From the NCBI GenBank assembly GCA_016187745.1, contig JACPJC010000004.1, positions 1-36,523 of the forward strand: 36,523 nucleotides of DNA. The letters are read 5' to 3'. Origin of the DNA: Candidatus Iainarchaeum sp. (lineage in GTDB: Archaea > Iainarchaeota > Iainarchaeia > Iainarchaeales > JAXPJC01). Below, one piece after another: positions 18,220-30,529 of this stretch (the first letter of the stretch is position 1; each line of letters opens with the position of its first letter). The notes beneath the pieces are model-generated. The model did no database searches. It saw only the letters and a list, made by a program, of their open reading frames with translations, and was not told the origin of the DNA. Both the position numbers and the translations under genes were made by a program.

Positions 18220-19935
18220 ATGGAAGAATCCGAAATTCGTAAGGCGCTCATGGAAAAGGCGCTTAAGGAACTGCTTAAAATTGCCGCAAAGCACAACAGG
18301 AAGCTGAATGTTAAACTTATTGCAAAGGCATTTGCTTTCGCAAAGGCCTCCCATCGCGGGCAGAAAAGGCTCTCGGGAAAGCCCTATTTTTCCCATCCGC
18401 TTGAGGCCGCAAAGATTGTCGCTTCCCTCGGGCTGGACGCTGAAACGATTTCCGCCGCACTGCTGCACGATGTGATTGAGGATGCGGATGCTGACAGGAG
18501 TGAAATAGAAAGGGAATTCGGGAAGCAGGTGTACTTCCTTGTTGACGGGGTTACAAAGCTCGGGGTAATTTCCAACAGGACAAGGGAGCAGAGGTCCATT
18601 GCCAACCTGCAGAAAATCATCCTTGCATCAGTAAAGGACATAAGGATACTGGTTGTGAAGCTTGCTGACAAATTGCACAATATGCGCACCCTCAAATACC
18701 TTCCAAAGGAGAAGAGGCAGAGGATTGCCGCGGAAGTGCTTTCCGTGCACGCGCCTTTGGCGCACAAATTGGGAATGCATGCAATGAAGGACGAGCTGGA
18801 AGAGCTTGCGTACGATGAGCTTAGCCCAAAGGAACATTCCTGGCTCTCAAAGGAAATCAGGATAAGAACAAAAAAGAAGGAGCTTGAGGTTGACAAGGCA
18901 ATAAATTCCCTGAAGAAGGCGTTTGCAAAGCAGCATCTGAAGGCGCGGTTCGGCAAATACTACAAGAACTGCTATACAATAAACAAGAAGCTGCGCAAGC
19001 AGTCAAAGGGGCTTGATGAAATCTATGATTTTGTAATTATCAAAATAATTGTCAGAAGCATTCCTGAGTGCTACCGCGCGCTAGGGGTTGTGCACAACAC
19101 GTTCCTTCCCCTGCCGAAAAAGATGAAGGATTACATTGCAATACCGCAGACTAATTTCTACCAGGCAATACATACTTCAGTAATAGGTCCTAATGGAACC
19201 CCCATAAAGGTGTATATTGCAACAAGGGAAATGAACAACCTTACCGAAAGGGGGATAGCTGCGGGATGGCACCTGCGCGATAAAAAGCTTCAGGACATTC
19301 TCAGGCAGAATGTAAGCAAGCTGAACAAAATCGCGAATATTGAGGATGTTGGGAGACTGAGGGAGTTCGGCAATGCCTTCAAGACTGATTTCCTGCAGAA
19401 AACCATATTTGTATTTACCCCCTCAGGGGAAACGCGCGAATTGCCTGCAGGTTCAACGCCAATTGATTTTGCATTCAACATAAGCGCGCGGTTGGGGGAA
19501 CATTGCCTCAGGGCAAAGGCCAATGGAAAATCAGTTCCCCTGTGGAAAAGGCTTGAGTCCGGGGATATAGTTGAAATAATCCCCTCGGCAAAATGCACAG
19601 CAAGCAGGCTCTGGCTCTCATTCGCAAAATCAGAGCATGCCAAAAAGGCGATTGCTGATGCGCTTAAAAGCAAAAAAAGCAGAAAGGATGAGAATCAGAA
19701 AGCCGTATTTGCCAAAATAAAAATCTGCGCAATCGACAGGATAGGGCTATTCTCGGATATTGCAAAATGCTTTTCAGCAAACAAGATTAACATAGTGGGC
19801 GTTCAGAGCGGCACTTCCGGGAGCAAGGCCATTGGAATATTCTCAGTCCAGCTGACAACCCCGGACAAATTGGAGAATTCCCTTTCAAGAATCAAGGCCA
19901 TAGGGGAAATTACAGATGTCAAGGTCCTGAAATAA
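18220..19935 (+). CDS. Long RelA/SpoT homologue (HD, degenerate SYNTH, TGS, ACT)
   Basis: HRGQKRLSGKPYFSHP, LLHDVIED, KLADKLHNMRTL, KDYIAIP, IFVFTPSG...STPIDFAF, DRIGLFSDI. Confidence 0.95.
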   Translation: MEESEIRKALMEKALKELLKIAAKHNRKLNVKLIAKAFAFAKASHRGQKRLSGKPYFSHPLEAAKIVASLGLDAETISAALLHDVIEDADADRSEIEREFGKQVYFLVDGVTKLGVISNRTREQRSIANLQKIILASVKDIRILVVKLADKLHNMRTLKYLPKEKRQRIAAEVLSVHAPLAHKLGMHAMKDELEELAYDELSPKEHSWLSKEIRIRTKKKELEVDKAINSLKKAFAKQHLKARFGKYYKNCYTINKKLRKQSKGLDEIYDFVIIKIIVRSIPECYRALGVVHNTFLPLPKKMKDYIAIPQTNFYQAIHTSVIGPNGTPIKVYIATREMNNLTERGIAAGWHLRDKKLQDILRQNVSKLNKIANIEDVGRLREFGNAFKTDFLQKTIFVFTPSGETRELPAGSTPIDFAFNISARLGEHCLRAKANGKSVPLWKRLESGDIVEIIPSAKCTASRLWLSFAKSEHAKKAIADALKSKKSRKDENQKAVFAKIKICAIDRIGLFSDIAKCFSANKINIVGVQSGTSGSKAIGIFSVQLTTPDKLENSLSRIKAIGEITDVKVLK

Positions 19936-19979
19936 TTCATTAGGTTTAAATATTAGTTAGGAATAAATCAATAGGAAGC

Positions 19980-20348
19980 ATGCACTGGAAACTGATAATC
20001 GCGCTTGTTATTGCCGCAATTGCGATATATGCGGCATACACTTTCATAAGCAGGCCTGCCCCTGACAATGGCAACGGGCAGTCCTATTCGGGGCAGATGG
20101 CTTTCGGCGCGTCCCCCACAAAGGAAGACTGCAGCAATCAGGAATATGTGCCGGATGCGGAATACTGCTGGGGCCTTTATGCAAGGAACTCCAACAACCC
20201 GGAATTCTGCGGTGAAATTATCTCAAGCGGAATGAAAGACCTGTGCTACTGGAACATTGCCGTGCAATCAGGCGATAAGGAACTTTGCAATTCGGTGGAA
20301 GATGCTGATTTGCGCTTTGACTGTGCTGAAGCAATAGACAACAAATAA
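19980..20348 (+). CDS. Small membrane-anchored Cys-repeat protein
   Basis: N-terminal TM helix followed by six Cys in repeated C-x9-10-C units. Confidence 0.75.
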   Translation: MHWKLIIALVIAAIAIYAAYTFISRPAPDNGNGQSYSGQMAFGASPTKEDCSNQEYVPDAEYCWGLYARNSNNPEFCGEIISSGMKDLCYWNIAVQSGDKELCNSVEDADLRFDCAEAIDNK

Positions 20349-23072
20349 TCACACTATATAAATTGCGGGCTTTCCCGGAAGCGCGTTCTTTGCCTTCTGC
20401 GCGGGATCATAAGAAGCGTTTTCAGCGCTTTGTATTTCCACAGCGCATTTGAATTCCCTCTCAAGCTGCCCCCTTGAATCCTCAAGCGCAGAAAACTCAT
20501 CAATCTCCTGCAGCCCTGAAAATTCGCCAATTTTATTTATGACCGCCTTTATCATTGCCTCAACTTCCTTTCCCTTCTGCCTTAATGCGCTGTCCTGCAT
20601 GCACGCCGAAATTGCCTTCCCGAAATCCGGCTTCCCCTGCGCCGCCTCAGCAATTTTCTTCAGCGCAATCCATTTCCATTTTGGCGCAACATAAAGCGCA
20701 ATCCTTTTTGGATTTGCAATTTTTGCAATTTCTTTAATATGCATTATATCCTGCCTTGTGTTCTGCACAAGCGCCTCAGCCTGCTCCGCCTTCACATCAA
20801 CCATTTTTGCATCAGCAGCAGGCCATTCCTGCAAGGAGCAGAAGCCCCTGCATTTTATTTTTTCCCAGAGTTCCTCGCACAAATGCGGGGCAATCGGGCT
20901 GAGCATTAAAATGAGGTTTTTTGCTACAAATCCCATAACTTGCTTGTTTGGATTTTCATATTTCTGCATTGCGTCGGCCAGATTCATTATTGAATTTATC
21001 GCGAGATTGAACTGGAAGCCATGCATTTGCCCAGTAACCTGCATTATTGCGCGATTGGCCTTGCTCAATATCAGCCTGTCCCTATTGTTGAGTCTTGCAA
21101 TATTTATTTTCCCAAATCCGATGTTTTTCCTGTTTAATTCAATTAGCGCATATATGCGCTGCAGGGACTTGGATATTGTTTCCGCCCCGGAATCGCTCCA
21201 CTCAAGCTCCTTTTCAGGGGAGGCGACAGAGAGAATGAAGCTTCTTGCAGTATCCGGCCCGGATTTCTTCATTATTTCTCCGGGGTCAACAACATTGCCC
21301 AGTGATTTGCTCATTACCTTTCCGTCCTTGAGGACCATCCCTTGTGTGAGCAATCTTGCAAAAGGCTCATCAAATTTGAGCAATTTCAGGTCGCGCAGCG
21401 CCTTTGTGAAAAACCTCGCATACAGAAGATGCATTATCGCGTGCTCTATCCCCCCGATATACTGGTCAACAGGCATCCAGTAGGAAACTGCTTTTTTATC
21501 AAACGCGTTTTTCTTTTCCCGGGGGGAGCAATAGCGCAGGAAATACCACGAGGAATCAACAAATGTATCCATTGTGTCAGTTTCCCTGCGCGCAGCGCCC
21601 CCGCACTTCGGGCATTTTGTTTCAGCAAAATTTTTAACTTTGTCAAGGGGATTTCCCTCTCCTGTGATTTGCACTTTTTCTGGCAGTTTTATTGGCAAAT
21701 CCTTTTCTGCAACCGGCACAATTCCGCATTTTTCGCAATACACGACAGGAATCGGGGTCCCCCAATATCTCTGCCTTGAAATAAGCCAATCGCGAAGCTT
21801 GTAATTTGTCGTGCGCTTCCCCCATTTGTTCTTTTCCAGCCAGTCAGAAATCTTTTCAATTGCCTCCAAGCTTGGAGTGCCATCAAACTGCGAAGAATTA
21901 ACAAGCACCCCTTCCTCAATGTAGGCGGAATTCATTTCATTCGCATTCAATCCCTTGTCACTTGGCTTAATTACCAATTTCTTCTGCAGGCTGTATTTCT
22001 CCGCAAATTCCCAGTCCCTCTGGTCGTGGCAGGGAACTGCCATTACCGCCCCTGTGCCGTATTCCATTATCGCATAATCCGCAATGAATATCGGGCAGAC
22101 ATCCCCGTTTACGGGATTGATCAGATATTTCCCTATGAACATACCGCGCTTTTCCTTTTCTGCTGAAGTCCTTTCAATCAGCGATTCGCGCTTTGCTTCC
22201 TCAATGAATTTTTTCACATCGCTTTCATATTCTGTTCCCTTAACCAGTTCCATTACAAGCGGATGCTCGGGCGCAAACACCAAATAAGTAACCCCGAAAA
22301 TCGTATCCGGCCTTGTTGTAAATGTTGAAACCGCCAGATCAGAATCCTTGACCTTGAAGAATATTTCAATTCCCCTGCTCTTTCCAATCCAGTTCTTCTG
22401 CATTGCCTTTACCCTTTCAGGCCATTCACTTAATTTCTGCAGGTCATTGAGAAGCTCATCCGCATATGCTGTAATTTTGAAGAACCACTGCGCCCTTTCC
22501 TCCTCGTTCACTGGGTTCTTGCAGCGCCAGCAGTTGCCATTTACCACTTGCTCATTCGCAAGCACTGTTCCGCATGTTTTGCAGTAATTGACCTTTGCGC
22601 TTGCCTTGTAGGCAAGGCCCTTTTCAAGGAGCTTCAGAAAAATCCACTGGTTCCACCGGTAATATTCCGGCTCGCATGTTGCAATCATGCGCTTCCAGTC
22701 ATAGCTGAAGCCCAGCAGCTCCTGCTGCGCCCTCATTTCCTTAATCCTGTCCCAGGTCCATTTTTTCGGGTGTGTTCCGAATTTTATTGCGGCATTTTCC
22801 GCAGGAAGCCCCAATGCATCATAGCCCATTGGATAAAGAACATTGAATCCCTTCATCCTCATGAAGCGCGCTGTAGCATCGCCAATCGCATAGTTCCTCA
22901 CATGGCCCATGTGCAATTTTCCCGAAGGATAGGGGAACATCTCAAGCACATAGTATTTTGGCTTTTTGCTTTTTTCATTGACCTCGAAGATTTTTGCCTT
23001 TCTCCATTTCGCCTGCCACTTCTTTGCAATCTTATTTAAGTCTGCCCGGATTTCCTTCATTATATCACTCAT
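20349..23072 (-). CDS. leuS: Leucyl-tRNA synthetase (bacterial-type core, archaeal-type C-terminus)
   Basis: [64 protein letters not shown]. Confidence 0.97.
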   Translation of the reverse strand: MSDIMKEIRADLNKIAKKWQAKWRKAKIFEVNEKSKKPKYYVLEMFPYPSGKLHMGHVRNYAIGDATARFMRMKGFNVLYPMGYDALGLPAENAAIKFGTHPKKWTWDRIKEMRAQQELLGFSYDWKRMIATCEPEYYRWNQWIFLKLLEKGLAYKASAKVNYCKTCGTVLANEQVVNGNCWRCKNPVNEEERAQWFFKITAYADELLNDLQKLSEWPERVKAMQKNWIGKSRGIEIFFKVKDSDLAVSTFTTRPDTIFGVTYLVFAPEHPLVMELVKGTEYESDVKKFIEEAKRESLIERTSAEKEKRGMFIGKYLINPVNGDVCPIFIADYAIMEYGTGAVMAVPCHDQRDWEFAEKYSLQKKLVIKPSDKGLNANEMNSAYIEEGVLVNSSQFDGTPSLEAIEKISDWLEKNKWGKRTTNYKLRDWLISRQRYWGTPIPVVYCEKCGIVPVAEKDLPIKLPEKVQITGEGNPLDKVKNFAETKCPKCGGAARRETDTMDTFVDSSWYFLRYCSPREKKNAFDKKAVSYWMPVDQYIGGIEHAIMHLLYARFFTKALRDLKLLKFDEPFARLLTQGMVLKDGKVMSKSLGNVVDPGEIMKKSGPDTARSFILSVASPEKELEWSDSGAETISKSLQRIYALIELNRKNIGFGKINIARLNNRDRLILSKANRAIMQVTGQMHGFQFNLAINSIMNLADAMQKYENPNKQVMGFVAKNLILMLSPIAPHLCEELWEKIKCRGFCSLQEWPAADAKMVDVKAEQAEALVQNTRQDIMHIKEIAKIANPKRIALYVAPKWKWIALKKIAEAAQGKPDFGKAISACMQDSALRQKGKEVEAMIKAVINKIGEFSGLQEIDEFSALEDSRGQLEREFKCAVEIQSAENASYDPAQKAKNALPGKPAIYIV

Positions 23073-23674
23073 AAGCCAATAGCCTTTAAAATAAATTTCT
23101 CAAAGGGGAATGCGCCATAAACCAGCTGCCTGCCCGAAAGAAGCGCAAGCACGCCTTCCTTGGGATAGCCAAGCGCAACAGCCAGCTTGCTCGCCATTAT
23201 GTCAGCAAGCAGCTCCTCCGCATTCTCCGCTGAAATACCCAGCCCCTTCGCAAACTCATTTATCTCGGGCTTGGGAAAGTGCGCGTACTCGTGCGAAATT
23301 GTAAAAATCCCCTGAACGCTCATTTTATCCCCCGAGAAAATATGCTCCGCGGGAAGGTTTATGAAATTGCTCCTAACAATGACCGAGCCTTGTGGCGTTT
23401 GAATCAGCTTTATCAGATTCACGTTTTCCCCTTTTGTAACTGAAGCGAAGACCATCCCGTGCGAGATTTCAATCTTCTTTGTGAGTGAAGTGCTGGGATA
23501 GAACCATATTGGGGTGTGCAAAACATTGCGCTGCATGTGCATGTACAGTTCCCTTGTGGTTCCGTCCCTTGCATTTTTCGCGAGCTTCTCAAGCACAAGG
23601 ATTGCATGCTTGCGGAATTCATCAAGCGCCTTCTTGCGCCCTTTTGTAAGGATGCTGCTCCCGAAAAAACCCAT
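23069..23674 (-). CDS. Hypothetical protein with HEXXH motif
   Basis: ISHEYAHF followed by EELLAD; lies between alaS and leuS, overlapping the leuS start by 4 nt. Confidence 0.7.
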   Translation of the reverse strand: MGFFGSSILTKGRKKALDEFRKHAILVLEKLAKNARDGTTRELYMHMQRNVLHTPIWFYPSTSLTKKIEISHGMVFASVTKGENVNLIKLIQTPQGSVIVRSNFINLPAEHIFSGDKMSVQGIFTISHEYAHFPKPEINEFAKGLGISAENAEELLADIMASKLAVALGYPKEGVLALLSGRQLVYGAFPFEKFILKAIGL

Positions 23675-23681
23675 AAGAACC

Positions 23682-25463
23682 CTATTCCAGCACTGCCTTT
23701 ATGCGCCTTATTCCTGCAGCAGAGCTCTCTTCCTTCACTATCCTGAATTTTCCGAGATCTTTTGTATTGCTTGCATGGGGCCCGCCGCAGATTTCAAATG
23801 AAAAATCCCCTATGGAATAAACCGAAACACTTTCCCCGTATTTCTGCTCAAACATCGCCTGCGCGCCCCTTTTCTTCGCCTCTTCCACTTTCATTTCCTC
23901 CCTCTTTACCGGAAGCGCCTTCTGTATCTGCGCATTCACAAGATTCTCAATTTCCTTCAGTTCCGCATCCGTAAGTTTGCGCTCAAAATTGAAATCAAAC
24001 CGCAGCCTTTCGGGGGTTATGTTCGAGCCGCGCTGCACAATGCCTTTTTTCTTAAGCACAATTTTCAATGCCTCATTCAATAAGTGGGTTGCAGTGTGCA
24101 GCTTTGTTGTTTCCTCCGAAGCGTCAGCAAGGCCGCCCCTGAATTTTTTTTCCGCGCCAACGCGCGATAATTCCTGATGCACCTCATAAGCCCCATTGAA
24201 TCCCTTTTCATCAACCTCAATTCTGTTTTCCTGCGCAAGCTCCTTTGTCATTTCTATGGGAAAGCCGAAGCTCTGGAATAGCAAGAAAGCATCACCCCCT
24301 GAAATTTTCTTCTTTCCTTTTGCCATGCTCTCAAATTTTTTCAGCCCCTGCGCAAGAGTATTCAAAAAGCGGGTCTCCTCTTTTTTCAGTTCATTAAAAA
24401 TAAATTCTTTGTTTTTTGCGAGTTCAGGATAATCCTCTTTGTGGATTTTTACTGCAATTTCCGCAAGCTCTGACAGGAATTCAGCCTCAATCCCAAGCAG
24501 CTTTCCGTGCCTTATTGCGCGCCTTATGAGCCTGCGCAGGACATAGCCCTGGTCGACATTGCTTGGCGCTATTGCGCGCTCATCCCCGAGAATGAAAACA
24601 GCGGCGCGCAGATGGTCCGCAACAATGCGCATTGACTTTTCCTGGGAAGCGTTCGGATTCTGAATGCGCGCAATCTCCTTTATTTTGCCCATTATTGGCG
24701 CATAGGTTTCAATCTCATAAACGCTCTGCTTTCCCTGCAGCACGGCAACTGTGCGCTCAACGCCCATTCCAGTATCGACATTCTGCTGCGCGAGCTTTTC
24801 ATATTTCCCTGAAGCGGTTTTGTTGTACTGCATGAAAACATCATTCCATATTTCAAAGTATTTTCCGCAGGGGCATCCCGGCCTGCAGTCCTTTCCGCAC
24901 TTTTCCTTTCCGGTGTCATAGAACATTTCAGTATCCGGCCCGCAGGGGCCTGCAGTTCCTGCGGGGCCCCACCAGTTGTCCTTTTTCGGGAAATAATAAA
25001 TGCGCTCTTTTGGAATTCCAAGCGATTTCCAGACTTCCGCGCTTTCCTCATCTTTTGGCGCATCAGCATCCCCCGCAAAAACGCTCACATGGATTTTTTC
25101 CTTATCCAATCCAAGCCATTTTTTGCTTGTGAGGAATTCAAGACTCCACTCAATTGCCTCTTTTTTCCAGTAATCCCCCAGGGACCAGTTCCCAAGCATT
25201 TCAAAGAATGTTAAGTGCGAAGGGTCTCCCACAAACTCAATGTCATCAGTGCGCACGCACTTCTGCACATCAGCAAGGCGCTTTCCAGAGGCGTGCTTCT
25301 GCCCCATCAAGTAGGGAACAAGCGGGTGCATGCCTGCTGTTGTAAACAGCACTGTCGGATCGTGCTCTGGAACAAGTGAGGCGCTTGCAATAACCCTGTG
25401 CCCCTTTTCCCTGAAGAATTCAAGGTAGAGCCTTTTAAGCTCAAGTGAATTAAGCGCTTTCAT
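23682..25463 (-). CDS. alaS: Alanyl-tRNA synthetase, short form lacking C-Ala
   Basis: LFTTAGM, HLTFFEMLGNWS, GPCGPDTE, VDTGMGVER, ADHLR, HTATH, ICGGPH; ends GIRRIKAVLE. Confidence 0.96.
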   Translation of the reverse strand: MKALNSLELKRLYLEFFREKGHRVIASASLVPEHDPTVLFTTAGMHPLVPYLMGQKHASGKRLADVQKCVRTDDIEFVGDPSHLTFFEMLGNWSLGDYWKKEAIEWSLEFLTSKKWLGLDKEKIHVSVFAGDADAPKDEESAEVWKSLGIPKERIYYFPKKDNWWGPAGTAGPCGPDTEMFYDTGKEKCGKDCRPGCPCGKYFEIWNDVFMQYNKTASGKYEKLAQQNVDTGMGVERTVAVLQGKQSVYEIETYAPIMGKIKEIARIQNPNASQEKSMRIVADHLRAAVFILGDERAIAPSNVDQGYVLRRLIRRAIRHGKLLGIEAEFLSELAEIAVKIHKEDYPELAKNKEFIFNELKKEETRFLNTLAQGLKKFESMAKGKKKISGGDAFLLFQSFGFPIEMTKELAQENRIEVDEKGFNGAYEVHQELSRVGAEKKFRGGLADASEETTKLHTATHLLNEALKIVLKKKGIVQRGSNITPERLRFDFNFERKLTDAELKEIENLVNAQIQKALPVKREEMKVEEAKKRGAQAMFEQKYGESVSVYSIGDFSFEICGGPHASNTKDLGKFRIVKEESSAAGIRRIKAVLE

Positions 25464-25506
25464 ATGGATTCAGTAGAATTATAAAGAATTAAAGTAATTA
25501 AATATA

Positions 25507-25797
25507 ATGGTAGGGAATATGGAGAAGCGGCAGAGGGAAATGGTCCTGAAAGTTGTTGAGCTGATAAGGAAAAGCAGGAAAAGCGGCAATGTAGAGATTA
25601 AGGAAACTGCTGATTATGTGCATGAACTGGCCCGCAACCTCAAAGCACACAAGGGCAGGCTGCCCTGGAGCGATTTCCGCAGCTTCAATATAGCCGTGCG
25701 CAAGCTGATAAACCTGGCCAGTGTGAAAAAAACAAATAAGGAGAAAATTGCGCTTAAGAGATTGAAAGAACAATTCAAGAATTACAGAAGATTGTGA
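25507..25797 (+). CDS. Small basic hypothetical protein
   Basis: 96 aa K/R-rich helical ORF divergent from alaS. Confidence 0.6.
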   Translation: MVGNMEKRQREMVLKVVELIRKSRKSGNVEIKETADYVHELARNLKAHKGRLPWSDFRSFNIAVRKLINLASVKKTNKEKIALKRLKEQFKNYRRL

Positions 25798-26043
25798 GCA
25801 GCGGGCAATAGGCCGCCTTTGGTATTACTAGCATTCGCCTGAGCCCCTTTCGGGTTGCACCCTTTTTCCCTTGGACCGTTTCATCTGAGGGCAGAAACCT
25901 CAATTCAAATCATCGTAATTCTGCCTTAGTTCGTTTCTGTTCCCAAGGAACTCCTCTCGGAATTTTTGCATTGCATATGGGTGGGCGGACCTTCCTCACG
26001 GAATTTCCGAAGAAAAACCGCGTAAGCTAGCTGCCCGCTACTC
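25796..26043 (-). ncRNA. rnpB: RNase P RNA, type-M-like (about 248 nt)
   Basis: P1 GAGTAGCGGGCA/TGCCCGCTGCTC; CR-I GAGGAAGGTCCGCCC; CR-II ACAGAAACG; CR-III TGAAACGG; GGGTGCAA; CR-V ACCAAAGGCGGCCTA; TTTAAA box at 26068-26073. Confidence 0.93.
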
Positions 26044-26091
26044 GCATAAATATATTGCATAAAAGAGTTTAAATGTGAATGCCCTGTAGAA

Positions 26092-26604
26092 TTATTGCCC
26101 ATTGATATACTCTTCAACTGACTTGCGGTCCTGGTAAGAAAGCTCCTGGATTTTCCCATCTATTTCCAATATTCTTTCAAGCCTCTTTATTTCTTCAGCA
26201 AGCGTTTTTTTGCGCGCTTCTGGCGCACTGGCATATTCGCGCTCATATGTGTCAAGCAGGTTTTGTGTTGTCCAAATATGGGACTCAACATCCCCGGTAA
26301 TGTGTAAGATTGTATCTGCAACCCTGTCTGGAGGAATTCGCGTATCTTTTGAAATCTTATAAATCACATTTTTGATTATCTGCCTGTGTTTTGGGTTGCG
26401 CGGATTCAAGCGGTATTTTCTGGCAGAAACCGCCCAATAGTCCGGATTTGGCACGCCATCTTTTGCAAGTGCCATGATCATAGCCTTTGTCTTTGCCTGC
26501 TGATGCTTGGTGAATTTTGGCACTGCATATTTTAACGCAGTGGCGATAATCGGCACAGCTACAGCAGCTACAACTGCGCGTTTTACTCCCCTATTAATTC
26601 TCAT
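26092..26604 (-). CDS. Basic hypothetical protein with N-terminal hydrophobic helix
   Basis: 170 aa ORF with basic N-terminus and AVVAAVAVPIIA. Confidence 0.65.
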   Translation of the reverse strand: MRINRGVKRAVVAAVAVPIIATALKYAVPKFTKHQQAKTKAMIMALAKDGVPNPDYWAVSARKYRLNPRNPKHRQIIKNVIYKISKDTRIPPDRVADTILHITGDVESHIWTTQNLLDTYEREYASAPEARKKTLAEEIKRLERILEIDGKIQELSYQDRKSVEEYINGQ

Positions 26605-26667
26605 ATAAGAATTACGCAGAGGGGGATTAAAAACATTTGCAGCCGGGAAAATCAGCCAAATTGGGCA

Positions 26668-26997
26668 TCAGCCCTTGGGAATCAGTATTCTGAACTTTCT
26701 TAATCTTTCAAACAGGTTAAACTTTGGCTTTACTGAGGAATTCACTCTCTTTGCAATTACCGGCACGCCGCCCCGCTCTCTTATAAGTGCGCGATTGCTT
26801 CGGCGGAATGCATCCCTTATATCGTGGGGCTGGAATCCTTCATTTTTTAGTTGTGTGTAAATTCCGCTGTCCGGCATGCTTCCCTCAAGCCTTTTAATTT
26901 TTGCCGTTATTACTTTAACTTCCAAAGGATTTACCACTAATTTGCCTGTTTCTTCAGGGTAAGGCTTTCTCTTTTTAATTATCGCAACATCCGCCAT
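26668..26997 (-). CDS. Small basic hypothetical protein
   Basis: 109 aa ORF, GGTGGA RBS-like motif and TTTAAA box upstream. Confidence 0.65.
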   Translation of the reverse strand: MADVAIIKKRKPYPEETGKLVVNPLEVKVITAKIKRLEGSMPDSGIYTQLKNEGFQPHDIRDAFRRSNRALIRERGGVPVIAKRVNSSVKPKFNLFERLRKFRILIPKG

Positions 26998-27114
26998 TTG
27001 TCCACCAATAAAATTATTGTTTGTATTGTATTTAAACCTGCCTTTTTCCAGCCTTGCGGCTGGGCTGAATTAAAATTGCAGTTAGCGCACTGGCATTTAG
27101 CACAAGCAGTATAG

Positions 27115-29950
<2,836 letters not shown>

Positions 29951-30170
29951 TTTTCTCACTACACTGCTTGTTATGCCATGCCAATGCACCAACACCGAAC
30001 CGCGGGAACCCAGGTTCCCCCAGTTTGAGGGTCTTCCTGACCCCTCCTACTGGTTTGCAGTTTCCAGATGTTGCTTCCCCCGCAAAAAATCTTGCGGAGT
30101 GCATATACAATTCCTTACCAAACAAAATAATTTTGATAAGCGCAATGATTTTGTAATTTTTTATTTTATA

Positions 30171-30244
30171 TTTTTCCTTGTAAATTATTTTCTTTTTGGA
30201 TAATACCTAGACTTTTTCTTTTTCTAAAAGAAAAAGGCTTGGTT
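30171..30244 (-). repeat. Hairpin element, long form (copy D, 2 nt after the tRNA-Ala discriminator)
   Basis: AACCAAGCCTTTTTCTTTTAGAAAAAGAAAAAGTCTAGGTATTATCCAAAAAGAAAATAATTTACAAGG. Confidence 0.88.
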
Positions 30245-30246
30245 AG

Positions 30247-30380
30247 TGGACCCAGTGGGATTCGAACCCGTGGCCTCAGCCTTATTTGTTTTTTCCGGAG
30301 TTTTTCTTTTGGGCCTTTTCTTTTTTAAAAGAAAAGGGGCCGTTGCAAAGGCCGCGCTCTACCAACTGAGCTATGGGCCC
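30247..30380 (-). tRNA. tRNA-Ala(TGC) in the rRNA spacer with 61-nt intron at 37/38 (30283-30343)
   Basis: GGGCCCA/TGGGTCC with G3:U70; CGGCC-TT-TGC-A|A-GGCTG; TTTG pairs with intron CAAA. Confidence 0.93.
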
Positions 30381-30449
30381 CGTTGGACCTTTTCTAAATA
30401 TTTTTTGCTGCAGAAAAATAGGTTTGTGCCCGCAAAACATTGTGCAATG

Positions 30450-30527
30450 TTTTTACCCTGAAGAAATTTTTCTTTTTGGGTAAAACCTATACCTTCTCCT
30501 TTTTTGCAAAAAGAAAAGGGATTGGTT
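30450..30527 (-). repeat. Hairpin element, long form (copy E, just after the 16S anti-SD tail)
   Basis: GATCACCTCC-TTT-AACCAATCCCTTTTCTTTTTGCAAAAAAGGAGAAGGTATAGGTTTTACCCAAAAAGAAAAATTTCTTCAGGG. Confidence 0.88.
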
Positions 30528-30529
30528 AA

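Noticed and set aside
29984-30104. Spacer structure as 5S rRNA or SRP RNA
   Set aside because: CCGAAC is on the wrong strand and at the wrong position for 5S; no SRP helix-8 motif
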